DNA from: a virus
Reading direction: 5' to 3' (one strand)
DNA: 64,000 nt
IMG/VR virus record: IMGVR_UViG_3300029922_000015
Location: 64,001 to 128,000 of that record
Below are positions 33,808 to 44,656 of the stretch, one piece after another. Under the pieces are notes generated by a model that was given only the letters and a program-made list of their open reading frames with translations, was not told the origin of the DNA and did not search any database. The stretch's first letter is position 1; every line of letters starts with the position of its first letter. A program made the translations under genes and the position numbers.

Positions 33808-34077
33808 ATGGAACGAATAATTAAACCTTCTCATGGAACTTACAGGGGATGTCCTATGTATCGGTTCTACGGAGACTATGTAAAAGGTCGTTGGATAGGC
33901 AGATATACTCGTCTTTATCCACAAGCTCTTGAGTCAATGCCTAACATTTATTTTCTTCCCGAAGTCGTTATTAAAGGTATTGCTATTTGTTGGCCGTTTA
34001 TAAAAGAAAACGGGGACAACTATACTCCCCTTAGATATGTAGAACCAAAAAATTCTATTTCTCTGTCTCCTAAATGA
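33808..34077 (+). CDS. hypothetical protein (paralog of next gene)
   Basis: FYGD..KG and WP......N..PL.Y motifs. Confidence 0.65.
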   Translation: MERIIKPSHGTYRGCPMYRFYGDYVKGRWIGRYTRLYPQALESMPNIYFLPEVVIKGIAICWPFIKENGDNYTPLRYVEPKNSISLSPK

Positions 34078-34361
34078 CTTTAACAAAGCTATTTATTAAA
34101 CCCCGGCGGATACCTTTACAAATGCATATCCATAATTTCTATGGAGATTTGGATAAGGGTTATTTTAAGCTTTATGAACGATATTTTTGCAAATCGTTTG
34201 CTTTAGAAAGAGAAGCGGAAGGATTTCGTTCGATTGTTTGGAAAATAGTTCCAATGGAGTTTAGAAATAATCCTAATTTAATTTTAGCGTGGCCTTATCA
34301 CAGAGATAAGCGAGGTAATTTTATTCCTTTACAATATTGCGAAACGATAATTAGTGCTTGA
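34074..34361 (+). CDS. hypothetical protein (paralog of previous gene)
   Basis: FYGD..KG and WP......N..PL.Y motifs. Confidence 0.65.
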   Translation: MTLTKLFIKPRRIPLQMHIHNFYGDLDKGYFKLYERYFCKSFALEREAEGFRSIVWKIVPMEFRNNPNLILAWPYHRDKRGNFIPLQYCETIISA

Positions 34362-34392
34362 CACGCGACGAATCCTTTGATAACATATTTTT

Positions 34393-34869
34393 ATGCGATA
34401 TATTGCCGACGTTCAGTATAAGTATGATCCGATTACTAATAAGGCGTCACTTTATCTTTATTCTCCGACAATAGCGGCGATGTATGAAGAAATCGGTTTC
34501 GACACTCGCAACTACGAGTCGGAAAGATATGAGCTTTTAGAATCTCTTTCTGCTTATTTAGTTAGAGGAATTTCAATTGAAAATGAACATCGATTCGAGC
34601 GGCGCGGCACGAAATACACAGTTTTTACGCAAAAATGCGCTAATTGTAATCTTTTGATTGAGTGTGATGGGGGATGGGGAGTAAATATTTCCCATATTCG
34701 AGGAGTTCTTATTGGTAAGGGTTTCAGTTATAAAATAAAGCCATTGCCCGTTGCGAAAACGGAAGCGGTTTTGATAGCTTATAGCGAAGGGGTTCGCGAG
34801 TATTATCGCGCTCTTAAAAGCCATTTAGATTTAAAAAGAAAATACGATAAAGTTCTTGACAAAGAATAA
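34393..34869 (+). CDS. hypothetical protein, possibly a remote partner-X paralog
   Basis: 158 aa leaderless ORF. Confidence 0.7.
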   Translation: MRYIADVQYKYDPITNKASLYLYSPTIAAMYEEIGFDTRNYESERYELLESLSAYLVRGISIENEHRFERRGTKYTVFTQKCANCNLLIECDGGWGVNISHIRGVLIGKGFSYKIKPLPVAKTEAVLIAYSEGVREYYRALKSHLDLKRKYDKVLDKE

Positions 34870-34891
34870 AACATAGAATAAGATCATAACA

Positions 34892-35410
34892 ATGAGTAAT
34901 AGCACTTTCGAGATTAAACGGACTCCCGATGGAACGTTGATTACGATTCAAGCCCCATCCGTGGAAAGAATTTTTCGATCCCTCGCTCGCGAAGCCCGAA
35001 ATCCTCTGGCCCTAAGCGGAATCAATGTCGATTGCTGGTGGGGCGATCAAACCGACCGATTCGTTCGTAACATGAGCGAAATTTTTGTTCACGAAGCGAC
35101 CGTTTTGAATAAAAGTAAAACGGGGGTGAAAGAGGAAGATTTGGTAGTTCCTACTTGTCGTTCTGATTATCTTTTTCAAAATAATAATGTCGGGGTTCGT
35201 TTACTAATGAGCCGAGGCATCTCTGAGAAAAAGCAATTTTTGATTCCCGGCATGTTTTCTACCGATACCATTCAAAAGGTGGCGTTGGGTTATAAAAAGG
35301 CCATGAGCTATCTTATTAAGGAAGCGGGTAAAGAAGTTGTTTATAAGTTTCAAATTGCTGAGCCCGATGACGCCGAAAAGACTCAGGTTCTTGAATTCAC
35401 TAATATCTAA
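34892..35410 (+). CDS. hypothetical protein, partner X of the amidoligase-GATase module
   Basis: similar to 29320-29820; translationally coupled to the ligase. Confidence 0.7.
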   Translation: MSNSTFEIKRTPDGTLITIQAPSVERIFRSLAREARNPLALSGINVDCWWGDQTDRFVRNMSEIFVHEATVLNKSKTGVKEEDLVVPTCRSDYLFQNNNVGVRLLMSRGISEKKQFLIPGMFSTDTIQKVALGYKKAMSYLIKEAGKEVVYKFQIAEPDDAEKTQVLEFTNI

Positions 35411-36120
35411 TGTTTCGTCATATCTCTAAAATTGGCCTTGAAATAGAAGGCGGATGGTTTACGGATAAGCGTCCCGTTGATTTTAAGCACGATAGTAGTG
35501 TGCGTTTTCATCGCCGAGACTTTAAAGTAAGAGGAAAAGAACAAACGCGCCGAATTGATTTGGGCGAAGTAGCTTCCCGTCCTTTGGAATCAATCGCGGA
35601 GTGTGCTAATTGGATTAAGACTTATTGGCCCGACAAGAAAAATGGAACGTGTGGCTTTCACATTCATATTTCGTTGAAGAATAAACTTCTTTATTCGTAT
35701 TTGATGGACAAAGAATTCAATGAAGCTTTTTTGCATTCCGCGCTTATGTTTGGACGAGCCCATAGGATGTCTCGCGATTTTTTCCATCGTTTAGAGGGTA
35801 AGAATCGTTATTGTAAGAAAATGTTTAAGCCGGAAGAACAATTGTACTTTCAGCATAATCACCAATATACCGAAAACAATCCTCGCTACGCTCAATTAAA
35901 TTATTGTTTTTCGACTCATGGAACGGTTGAAAATCGTCTTCCTACAGGAGCAATGCCGAAGGGAAAAGCTATTCGCACAGTAGAATGGTATGTAGATTTG
36001 GTAGAATCTTACCTTGATAAAAAAGAAGATAAGCCTATTTTGGTTCAAGTCGAAGGGTCTGACGAAGAAACCGAAGAAATAGACTTGACAAACTATGAAT
36101 TTGGAGTAAATAAATCTTGA
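35410..36120 (+). CDS. putative amidoligase paralog 3
   Basis: GLEIEGG, HDSSV, GEVASRP, CGFHIH, TVENR. Confidence 0.85.
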   Translation: MFRHISKIGLEIEGGWFTDKRPVDFKHDSSVRFHRRDFKVRGKEQTRRIDLGEVASRPLESIAECANWIKTYWPDKKNGTCGFHIHISLKNKLLYSYLMDKEFNEAFLHSALMFGRAHRMSRDFFHRLEGKNRYCKKMFKPEEQLYFQHNHQYTENNPRYAQLNYCFSTHGTVENRLPTGAMPKGKAIRTVEWYVDLVESYLDKKEDKPILVQVEGSDEETEEIDLTNYEFGVNKS

Positions 36121-36165
36121 CAAATTTTGGATTTTGGCTTATACTGTAGGAGAACTAAAAAATAT

Positions 36166-36981
36166 ATGTGTTTGATAATTGCAAGTAGAACTGGTCGTCC
36201 GAAAGAGGAATATATCCGAAACGGATTCGCGAATCATCCCGATGGAACTGGTATCGCGTGGTTCGAAAAAGACGGCGTTCATTATAAAAAGGGCTTGACC
36301 GTCGAAGAAACGATTACAATGTCCAAGGAATTGCCCGTTGGATACGTCATTCATTTTAGATGGGCGTCCGTAGGCGGAAAGGATAAGTCTTTGATCCACC
36401 CCTTTCCGATTTCAAAAGATGTTATTTTGCGTCCCGAAGGAACAGCGAAGTCTGTTTTGTTTCATAACGGTCATTGGGATAGTTGGAATAATGTTTTAGT
36501 TAATCACCTTTCATCCCGTTTGGTTTTGCCCACTGGAAAATGGAGCGATACGCGGGCGATTGCCTTTCTTGTATCTATTCACGGTACTCCATTCCTAAAT
36601 TTGCTAGACGTTGGCAAGTTTATTGTGATGGCGAATGGGAAGCAGTACGCTTTCGGAGATTTTCAGGAAGAAGATGGGGTTTATTACTCTAACAGTTCTC
36701 ACAAAAATTTTATCCGAGGGGGTTGCGGAACTGGATTGAACAATGGAACTTCGCGAGTCGGTACGGCATACGAGCCGATTACGCCTCGATCAACCAGACC
36801 GCCAATTTCTCAGCCGTCTCAACCTTTGTTAGGTGATACCCAAAGAATTACTCCACAAAGTAAGGTGGGCGCGGAAGAGCGCCGCGTTCTATCGGCGGAA
36901 GAGTTTCAAGAGCTTCGCGAATATTTTGAAAAGGATTTAAATAGTAATCCTATTTCCGTTTCCGCGACAGGGGGAGCTTAA
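36166..36981 (+). CDS. class II glutamine amidotransferase (Ntn hydrolase)
   Basis: start reassigned to MCLII; HPDGTG, HFRWASVG, HPF, HNG, SDT. Confidence 0.9.
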   Translation: MCLIIASRTGRPKEEYIRNGFANHPDGTGIAWFEKDGVHYKKGLTVEETITMSKELPVGYVIHFRWASVGGKDKSLIHPFPISKDVILRPEGTAKSVLFHNGHWDSWNNVLVNHLSSRLVLPTGKWSDTRAIAFLVSIHGTPFLNLLDVGKFIVMANGKQYAFGDFQEEDGVYYSNSSHKNFIRGGCGTGLNNGTSRVGTAYEPITPRSTRPPISQPSQPLLGDTQRITPQSKVGAEERRVLSAEEFQELREYFEKDLNSNPISVSATGGA

Positions 36982-37439
36982 TGGATAAGGACACGATTCA
37001 ATATATAGAGGGCAAGCACGAATCATTTAAAGATATGTTTAGCATACTTAAGTTTATTCATAATTTGCAGGATAACGATATCAAGATTATTAATAGTGAC
37101 GCCGAGGAACTTAATAAAGAGCGGCTGGAAAAAGTTCTAGATCGAGCGCAGGAATTTATGCCTTAATGTGTTTATCATATATAAGGTTTAAAACAGGAGA
37201 CAACAAAGGAGTTTATTCTAATAGAAGGGCAAAGCGAGACTTTAAAACAAGTCAATGAAGATGAGGACGTGGGAGCGAAACTCCATCGTATAAAAAATCC
37301 GTCTCTGGATACTCGTTTAGACCTTTGAAGGATTGAATGCCCTAGTGGGGCGCGAGCTTGCAACATAGTTCGGGCTTTTTAATACACGGAAAAGTAAAGA
37401 ATTTTCGAAAGGAAAAACTGACAAATTGTTTCGCTTGTA

Positions 37440-37865
37440 GTGATACAAGAAAGCGTAGCAACGCGAAAAAAATTTATGTCTAGAAGACCAACGAGAAGAA
37501 TCGCGGCTAGACCGATTAAACGAAGAAAAAAGATTGTGGCAAATACAAGCGATCCCTATGGATTTGGTTTTGATCCCTTTAAAGCGGGAATTATAGAACA
37601 TATTCCTATTAAACCAGTCGAGAGAAAGGTAAAACAAGAGGACTTATTTGAATCTGATGGATTTAGATTTTATCTGGAGATTGTAATAACATCTCCCTTT
37701 AATGATCCTTTTAGTTCGCCCCCGCATGAATATTATGTTGAAGAAATCGCTACGAAAAATCGAGTCGCGCTACCGATAGCTCTTAAAATCGGAGAGATTG
37801 AAGGAGTGGATATTCCAGTTAGAATGTTTGACTGGATTCACGAGTACGATGAAAGCTTGGATTAA
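37440..37865 (+). CDS. hypothetical protein
   Basis: 141 aa ORF. Confidence 0.6.
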   Translation: MIQESVATRKKFMSRRPTRRIAARPIKRRKKIVANTSDPYGFGFDPFKAGIIEHIPIKPVERKVKQEDLFESDGFRFYLEIVITSPFNDPFSSPPHEYYVEEIATKNRVALPIALKIGEIEGVDIPVRMFDWIHEYDESLD

Positions 37866-37868
37866 TTT

Positions 37869-38198
37869 ATGATCATAGAAAAACTATTGCCTATTACCCA
37901 CGTTGGCTGGGATTACTTGAACAAAGCTAAGGATTTTATTTTTTATAGGGTTCATTTTACCAGAGAATTCGGCCCTTGGCACGATAAAGAATTCTGTGCT
38001 GAAATTCACTTTTTGCTATCCGAAGGGCGAATTGAAGAATACAACGCTCAAGGCGGTCTAATTAAGAAATGTAATATTGGCATTCATCCTATTGTAGAGC
38101 AACCGAAAGTAGTTAGTCCTCCGGTGATAATTGATAATCACGCTAATGCGATGGAGGGAATTTCCGAAAGCGAAATGCAAGCTCAAATGGGAGTATAA
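37869..38198 (+). CDS. hypothetical protein
   Basis: 109 aa ORF. Confidence 0.65.
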   Translation: MIIEKLLPITHVGWDYLNKAKDFIFYRVHFTREFGPWHDKEFCAEIHFLLSEGRIEEYNAQGGLIKKCNIGIHPIVEQPKVVSPPVIIDNHANAMEGISESEMQAQMGV

Positions 38199-38630
38199 AG
38201 ATTTTAGGCTAGGCTCGAAACTAATTTGTTTCTTTACGGAAAAAGAAGGCGATTTAGAACTAGAGCCTCTACCTATGGAAAGAGAGTGACAAAGATTATT
38301 GCCTTGGAAACAAGGATAGGAGTATTCTGGATCATATTCTTCATTATGAAGATACCAGATATGCCGAAAGTAAGCACAAATCACTCTGCGGCGTTGGCCG
38401 AAATGCGCGCCAGAACCTCGCGCGAAAAGTTAACTGATAATGAAGAAAATCCAAGATATAATTGATCTTTTCGATTTGTATGGAATATCAGAGGAAGAAC
38501 TAGAACATTATGTTTATAAAATGTGCCGAACGGCGTTGCACGCTCTTCCTCCTAATGGGGTGGATTATATTTATAAGCGATCCGATCATATTTTGAGGTA
38601 TTTGATTTACGACAGGATACGATATTTAAA

Positions 38631-38993
38631 ATGAAACTAAAGTTATATATTCAAAAATATGGAAACGGAGTCGCGATTGGAATGCAAGGTCATAAGCCGG
38701 ATATCGAAAGACAATGTAATTCTTACTTTAACCACAAAGTAACGAACTGCGATCCTATTTGGATGAGTGATAAATTCGCCTACATCATTACAACCGAAGA
38801 TTTGTTGATGCGCGGATTGATATCTTGTGCTATGCTATCTTTACAAGGAACGAGGGCGGCGCTTCGAGTTATTCGGGGCGGCGAGCGAATCTCGCTACTT
38901 CCATTGTTGGCCGAACAAAAAGCCCTTAACCAACTTAAGAGAAATTTCACAAACGAAACGTTTCTAAACGAATTAGAACTATGCCACAATTAG
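38631..38993 (+). CDS. hypothetical protein
   Basis: 120 aa ORF. Confidence 0.65.
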   Translation: MKLKLYIQKYGNGVAIGMQGHKPDIERQCNSYFNHKVTNCDPIWMSDKFAYIITTEDLLMRGLISCAMLSLQGTRAALRVIRGGERISLLPLLAEQKALNQLKRNFTNETFLNELELCHN

Positions 38994-39304
38994 AAGAATA
39001 TCAAGCGACCTTGCAGGATTATTTGGGAACTCCCGAAGAGATTCAGCAACTTGATCTTCGCGCGGGTTCTCCTTACGTTCGTAATGGCAAATTTTACGGA
39101 GTCTATCGTGGGGGCGTTTGGGGTTATTGCGATCCAAAGGATGAGCTAGCGCCGTGGAAGTTCCTTGGCGGCGCTCCTCATTTGTTTCGCTTAGAGAAGA
39201 CGAGTATTATCGTTTGGTATCGGTTTGTTTTCAAATCTTCCAATCGATATCTTTATCTGCCTAAGTTTGACGGGCATAAACTTACTTTTATTTTTGATGT
39301 CTAA
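38981..39304 (+). CDS. hypothetical protein (first of three related genes)
   Basis: IVWYRF...LYLP...KL.F C-terminal pattern. Confidence 0.65.
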   Translation: MPQLEEYQATLQDYLGTPEEIQQLDLRAGSPYVRNGKFYGVYRGGVWGYCDPKDELAPWKFLGGAPHLFRLEKTSIIVWYRFVFKSSNRYLYLPKFDGHKLTFIFDV

Positions 39305-39521
39305 TGAATTGCCAAAATGGTATGGATCGTCTAGGGGAAAATGGTATTTCCCTTCAGAAACCGGCATGATTGTTCCTTTTGATTTTCCCGAAGGCTTAAT
39401 GAAAGAAGACGAGTCGGGCGTAATTGATTGGTATCATTTTATATTCAATTGTACGAAGGAGGGAATTCTTTTGCCAATATACGGAGGGCGCAAATTAATT
39501 TGGAAGGGTTGGGATAATTAA
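39297..39521 (+). CDS. hypothetical protein (second of three related genes)
   Basis: IDWYHF...ILLP...KLIW; start MSNELPKW. Confidence 0.65.
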   Translation: MSNELPKWYGSSRGKWYFPSETGMIVPFDFPEGLMKEDESGVIDWYHFIFNCTKEGILLPIYGGRKLIWKGWDN

Positions 39522-39791
39522 ATGAGGGATTTCGCTTTTACTATTAAAGACGATAAGGATCGTTTTAAGTTTTACGGGGTCGATGAACGGCGCGGTTCAA
39601 CTCATGCTTGGTTCGAGTGGTATCCCGAAACAAACACTTATAATTATTTTGGAACTTATTGGACGCTTCGAAAAGCTGACGAAGTTAACGAAATACTTTG
39701 GACTCCTCTTCTTTTGTCCTCGGGGCGTTCGATACACATTCCTATGACCCCTTATTGTGAATTGAAGTGGTGGAAGCTTAGTCAACCTTAA
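39522..39791 (+). CDS. hypothetical protein (third of three related genes)
   Basis: ILWTPL...IHIP...ELKW. Confidence 0.6.
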   Translation: MRDFAFTIKDDKDRFKFYGVDERRGSTHAWFEWYPETNTYNYFGTYWTLRKADEVNEILWTPLLLSSGRSIHIPMTPYCELKWWKLSQP

Positions 39792-40007
39792 ATATTTATG
39801 GCAAATAGAAATAGTATGGCGATGGCACAAATTCATCGCAAACGAACAAAGGGCCAACGAGTTGATTCTCGCTTTGGTTCTAAAACAAACAAAAACAAAC
39901 GCGCAAAAGACTATAATGCGGTCTTTCGTAAGTCTCAAAGTGGAGGCGGTTAAAATATTTTACAAAAATAGCTTGACGGGCCGCGAATCTAATGTTATCT
40001 TTGTTGT

Positions 40008-40244
40008 ATGAAGAATACATCACAGTCAGTTCAATCGGGTAAGGGTCAGTCGTCTAAGCCGGGTCGGGGTCGTCCTTTGAAGTACAAGGTGTTCGCGACT
40101 CTCGGCATCGGCCAATTTCGTCTCTTCCCTATGAAGGTGCGAAATAACGTTGTCACGAGCGCTTACCTTTTTGCCAAGCGCCACGGTCTGACGTTCAAGG
40201 CTAATAACCTCGAAAAGACGGTTAAGATCACCCGCATGGCTTAA
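40008..40244 (+). CDS. small basic DNA-binding-like protein
   Basis: GRGRPLKY.F..L.IG motif; leaderless promoter and downstream hairpin. Confidence 0.7.
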   Translation: MKNTSQSVQSGKGQSSKPGRGRPLKYKVFATLGIGQFRLFPMKVRNNVVTSAYLFAKRHGLTFKANNLEKTVKITRMA

Positions 40245-41305
40245 TAAGCCAAATTGAATGGGATAGGGAGACAGAAAAACCTCCCTATCCTAATTTGTTA
40301 TGGATCAAGATTTATATCAAGAATTGTTAGAGAAAACAAAGCGTGGGCTAGATTACGGCAAAATTAAGTCTCTTAAGATGTCTTTGCGGAATCCTTTGCC
40401 TAAAGGAGTTGAGGCGGTTCGTATTAACTATTATACTGAATATGATTCTCCTTATATGAGCGGCTCGGAATAAGAAAACAAACAATGAAAACAATCAAAG
40501 AATCGGCTATGGATTTGGCCGAGCATCTACATTTTATTAATTCGGCGACTACGTTCTCCGTTGGCGCGTCCGATAATTCGTTGCACGTTTATATTCACGC
40601 CGATGAAGGAACTCCCTTTTATTGTACTACTGTTTATGACAAGTATCCTGTTTTGACTCATTTTATCGGCGCGGTTAATCCTGTAAAAAGTTCTTGACTT
40701 TTATGTGAACTCGTACTATACTCGTAATTATGAAAGATTCTTGGAAACAGTCCACGGTAATTGAACCCGATCCCGGCTTTAAAGAGCTTTGTAACGATCC
40801 TTCACACAATCCGCCTAATATGATTGTGATTCCTCGCGGGCATCGTATGGTTCATACTTGTCCATCTTGCGGACAAAAATCGATTTTTTATCCTACTTGC
40901 GTAACACTTTAATTTTATGACTAGATCACAAAGTAGACAGCACTCTAAGAATGCGGGGCGTTATAAGATCGCATTCGAAACCACCGAAAAAAACAAGCGT
41001 CGTCGCGCAGCAACTCGTGAGCGCCGAATGAGGGTTCGCGCTAGCCTTCCTTCTCACGATACGCGCCATACGGCACGCAAGACGCGCCGAGCCGGAATTA
41101 AGAAAGCGTGAGTTGGGGTCTTTTTGTTCTTTTACTATTGGTCTGTGTAATGCACATTCGACCAAGATGATTTGCTAGTAGTTCGATATAAGTCTAACGT
41201 AGTTAGTCTTTACGGGATGGGTTTTGAATTCATCTTAACGAATATCGGCTGCAAAGTGAAACGAGGGGTGCGTCTCGTAGGCTACGTCAACGCGCACAAT
41301 TTTTT

Positions 41306-41914
41306 ATGGAAAATCATTTCTTTTGTTTAATTGACAAAATTATCTACAGTCATTCGCACGGAACTGACTTTCTCGATTTTTATACGAATCTGGAAATTCC
41401 TAACAATAAATTTAATGAACATTTCCATTTCATACTTCCGTTTCCGAAGTCGTCTGGAAGGGAATGGGTAAAAGAAAACTATCCTCATTTAGTTGATTTG
41501 ATAGAGGAGAGGAAGAAAGACGAAGCGCGGACAGAATCATCCTTTTCCTATGATGCCCCCGCTTATGTCCCTTCTTGGCGTCGCGAAACGGCGGAGATTT
41601 CTCCCCCTCCTCCTCGTCGTAATAGAGGCGGAATTTCTGCGGAGGTAATTTTAGATGAGCTAAGTAATGATGTTCCTAGACCCGCTCCCGCGCCAGTACA
41701 AGCTAATCAGGTTGAGGCGCAAATAGATTTACAATCTATCGGTCGGGAAATACAGGCAATGGCTAATAATCTTCAATTCTCTGTTCCGCTACCTACTCAA
41801 CCAATAGCGGAAGCGGCGGCAGAGGCGATACAGCCAGTCCGTCGAAGAATTGCCCGTCGCCCCCCTTCTTACTATAGTAATCACGCAGAAGATGGTCAAG
41901 ATTGCGATTTTTAA
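41306..41914 (+). CDS. hypothetical protein with Pro/Ala-rich C-terminus
   Basis: 202 aa ORF. Confidence 0.65.
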   Translation: MENHFFCLIDKIIYSHSHGTDFLDFYTNLEIPNNKFNEHFHFILPFPKSSGREWVKENYPHLVDLIEERKKDEARTESSFSYDAPAYVPSWRRETAEISPPPPRRNRGGISAEVILDELSNDVPRPAPAPVQANQVEAQIDLQSIGREIQAMANNLQFSVPLPTQPIAEAAAEAIQPVRRRIARRPPSYYSNHAEDGQDCDF

Positions 41915-41950
41915 CTTGACACGATAAGGATTGTTTATTACAATTCTTTA

Positions 41951-42466
41951 GTGAACATTGTAGCTCGTCTATCCAGAATTAAGAAATGCCGTCTTGTTTC
42001 TTTAGTCTATCGTACTAAGAAAAGCGATGAACTGTCAGTTTACCTGATAGCGTTAGGCGTTGACCTTCGCAGAGCTTACGCTCGCGATGAAAAAGTAATC
42101 CGCCTAATAAAAACGCGCGGGCGCGTTCAAACCCAAGCCAAACAGGAAATCCTCGATTCCTTGCGCGAAAGTCTTCGATACGGCTTGGGCAATAACTCTC
42201 GTTATACTTGCCGGGGCGTCTATAAAACGCTTTTCAATGGCTGCAAAATTCATAGGCGCGACAAGACCATTCATTTTTATGGTTTTATAATTCGTAAAAA
42301 GATTCTTGAAGAGGGAAGCTATCCCCTTGTTCGCCATAGTGCTTTGACTCTCGCCAAAATGAAAATTCGTAAGCACATGAAAATTAATCGTTTTCGTCAA
42401 TTTGAATTGAGTCATGTAAAAAAGATAGCTTTCGAAGGAAAAGTCTTGACTTTCTCTCAATTTTAG
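41951..42466 (+). CDS. basic hypothetical protein
   Basis: 171 aa leaderless GTG-start ORF. Confidence 0.7.
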   Translation: MNIVARLSRIKKCRLVSLVYRTKKSDELSVYLIALGVDLRRAYARDEKVIRLIKTRGRVQTQAKQEILDSLRESLRYGLGNNSRYTCRGVYKTLFNGCKIHRRDKTIHFYGFIIRKKILEEGSYPLVRHSALTLAKMKIRKHMKINRFRQFELSHVKKIAFEGKVLTFSQF

Positions 42467-42480
42467 GGTATTATCGCTTT

Positions 42481-43131
42481 ATGCTTAGCAATTTTAAATA
42501 CATTGATAAGGTCGGGTGCGAGCTTGAAGGGGCTTTTTTAAATATTCCCGATCCCGATAACAAATTCCTCGACCACGTAAAAGGAGAAGGAATGTCAATT
42601 TCTCCCGAGGAAAGGGCTATTATCAACGAAAAGAAACTTGTTGTTGGTGAGCGAAATAGCGAACCCTATAAAGCCCTTCTTCCCTTGCGCAAATGGGTGC
42701 GAAAGTTCTGGCCGGAAGTTGTAAATAATTCCAACGGCTTTCACGTTCACGTTTCGTTTAAAGACCCTTCCGTTCGCTCAACAATCGTTGCGTCCGCCGA
42801 CTTCCATCGAACCTTTATCGAAGAATGCAAGAAATTTGTTCTTTCGCCAAAGTATCGTTTTAGTAAGAGCGTAATTGATAGGGCGGCTCATAATATTTAT
42901 GGTCATCATTATCATTCCACCGGAGACAGGCGTTCGGGCGTGACTCCTTTTGCGGATTATGATACCAGTGAATTTCGTATTTTCTCCGGCGATATGACAG
43001 CGAAGCAAGCAAACCTTTGTTTGACTTGGCTTGTATCGTTTATTGAGAATTACTTTGAGGAACATGAACAAGCAACTGTTTGTGATAAGGCGCGGGTTGT
43101 TTATCACTCCTTCTCGGGACAACAAATCTAA
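42481..43131 (+). CDS. putative amidoligase paralog 4
   Basis: GCELEG, GERNSEP, GFHVHVS, TSEFRIF. Confidence 0.8.
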   Translation: MLSNFKYIDKVGCELEGAFLNIPDPDNKFLDHVKGEGMSISPEERAIINEKKLVVGERNSEPYKALLPLRKWVRKFWPEVVNNSNGFHVHVSFKDPSVRSTIVASADFHRTFIEECKKFVLSPKYRFSKSVIDRAAHNIYGHHYHSTGDRRSGVTPFADYDTSEFRIFSGDMTAKQANLCLTWLVSFIENYFEEHEQATVCDKARVVYHSFSGQQI

Positions 43132-43168
43132 TGCTTGACAAGCTCTAAATCTCGTGTCAAAATGAATT

Positions 43169-43417
43169 ATGGACAGACCTTTTAAAGTTGGCGATTACGT
43201 TCGAATCATCGCGCCGCATTCTGCGATCCAGAAGCACTATAATAAATTGAAGTTTACCGAGAAGGGCAAGATGCTCCTTTCTAAAGACGAAATAGCGGCA
43301 CAGATTGGTATCATCAAGAACAACGAGAGCGGCGAGCTAAGAATCGCGCCCATCATTCATGGCGTTTTGGCCGATTGGACTATCGGTTGTTATGATAATG
43401 AAATTACTTTGGTATGA
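43169..43417 (+). CDS. hypothetical protein (KOW/SH3-like FKVGD start)
   Basis: 82 aa leaderless ORF. Confidence 0.6.
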   Translation: MDRPFKVGDYVRIIAPHSAIQKHYNKLKFTEKGKMLLSKDEIAAQIGIIKNNESGELRIAPIIHGVLADWTIGCYDNEITLV

Positions 43418-43998
43418 GCAAATCTAGAAAAAGATACATTAATGCAATGGGCTGCGAAATGGAGGGTGGATTTCGTTATCCTCTAGGCTATCCTATTTAC
43501 GGGGAAGGCGTTGATGTACCCGAAGGAGAGATGTGCATTAATGGCGAAGAACTAGAAGTTAGAGTCGGAGAGGTTCAATCCAAGCCGTTCTTTCGTAAAG
43601 ATTTACTTAAGCATTGGGTAAAGAGATATTTCCCTGTTATAACTAACGATGATTGTGGATTTCACATTCACGTTTCCTTCAAACAGGATAATTGGCATGA
43701 CGCTTTAGCTAACGAAAAGTTTAATAACGATTTTCTTCGCGATTTGAAGCGTTGGCTTAAGAATAAAAAGGTCAGTAAAGCCTTTCAAGCGCGTCTAGAC
43801 GATGAAAACGATTATTGCCGACACGAATTTGAAGGTTTTGAGCGCGGCGCGGTGCATTGTCATTCGGAACACGGAACAATTGAATTTCGTATCTTTTCAA
43901 TGGTAATTACTCCCAAGCTCGCGCAACAATGCGTCGATTGGACTTTTAATTACGTTGAACGTTACTTGCATAAACTACTGAAAAATGGAAACTCCTAA
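43414..43998 (+). CDS. putative amidoligase paralog 5
   Basis: GCEMEGG, GEVQSKP, CGFHIHVS, GTIEFRIF. Confidence 0.82.
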   Translation: MSKSRKRYINAMGCEMEGGFRYPLGYPIYGEGVDVPEGEMCINGEELEVRVGEVQSKPFFRKDLLKHWVKRYFPVITNDDCGFHIHVSFKQDNWHDALANEKFNNDFLRDLKRWLKNKKVSKAFQARLDDENDYCRHEFEGFERGAVHCHSEHGTIEFRIFSMVITPKLAQQCVDWTFNYVERYLHKLLKNGNS

Positions 43999-44233
43999 AT
44001 ATCGTTTTCGTTCGCGTATCCAAAGAACGAATTTGAGTTTTCGCGAACCAGAGGAAACAGTTTACGAGATTGATGAGAAGCGTGGTGTTTTGGGCGTGCA
44101 TTATTGGAAGAGAATTTTTTACTCAGGACAACAAGCCAAGTCCTTACTTAGGTTTTATGAGTTGACCGAGCACGAGAAAGATAAAGAAATCGAAGAAGAT
44201 AGCGTCGGTATCCCTTATACTCCTATAAAATAA
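43985..44233 (+). CDS. hypothetical protein
   Basis: 82 aa ORF. Confidence 0.6.
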   Translation: METPKYRFRSRIQRTNLSFREPEETVYEIDEKRGVLGVHYWKRIFYSGQQAKSLLRFYELTEHEKDKEIEEDSVGIPYTPIK

Positions 44234-44311
44234 TGTCCCGGCGACACAGAAAAAGAATGGCGCGACAAATAAAGGAACAAGCTCGTTTGGCGGCGATGAA
44301 ACCCAAAGAGG

Positions 44312-44656
44312 TTGAATTCATTCAATGCGTTCCGAAAGGGCCAAGAATTTTATTTGATAGTTCTAACAATCCCTAATATGCCTAAAAATCGTTTAAAGCC
44401 GTATATTTCTCGACATGAATACTCCTATGTTCTATATCGGGACATCGAAGAATTTCACGGAGAGGAATGGTATAAAAAATTCACCGCTCAGATGAGAGGA
44501 TCGACCTGTCCTTGCGTTGACAAGGCGGACGCGGAAGAAAACGAACATGAGTTTGTGCCCGTTGAAGGATATCCGTGGATGAGCGCGGTTTATTCTTGGG
44601 ATTACGAACGATTTGCGGACGCGATTGATTATAATAGACCCACCTATTTCGATTAA
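44312..44656 (+). CDS. hypothetical protein
   Basis: ORF; true start probably MPKNRL. Confidence 0.6.
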   Translation: MNSFNAFRKGQEFYLIVLTIPNMPKNRLKPYISRHEYSYVLYRDIEEFHGEEWYKKFTAQMRGSTCPCVDKADAEENEHEFVPVEGYPWMSAVYSWDYERFADAIDYNRPTYFD

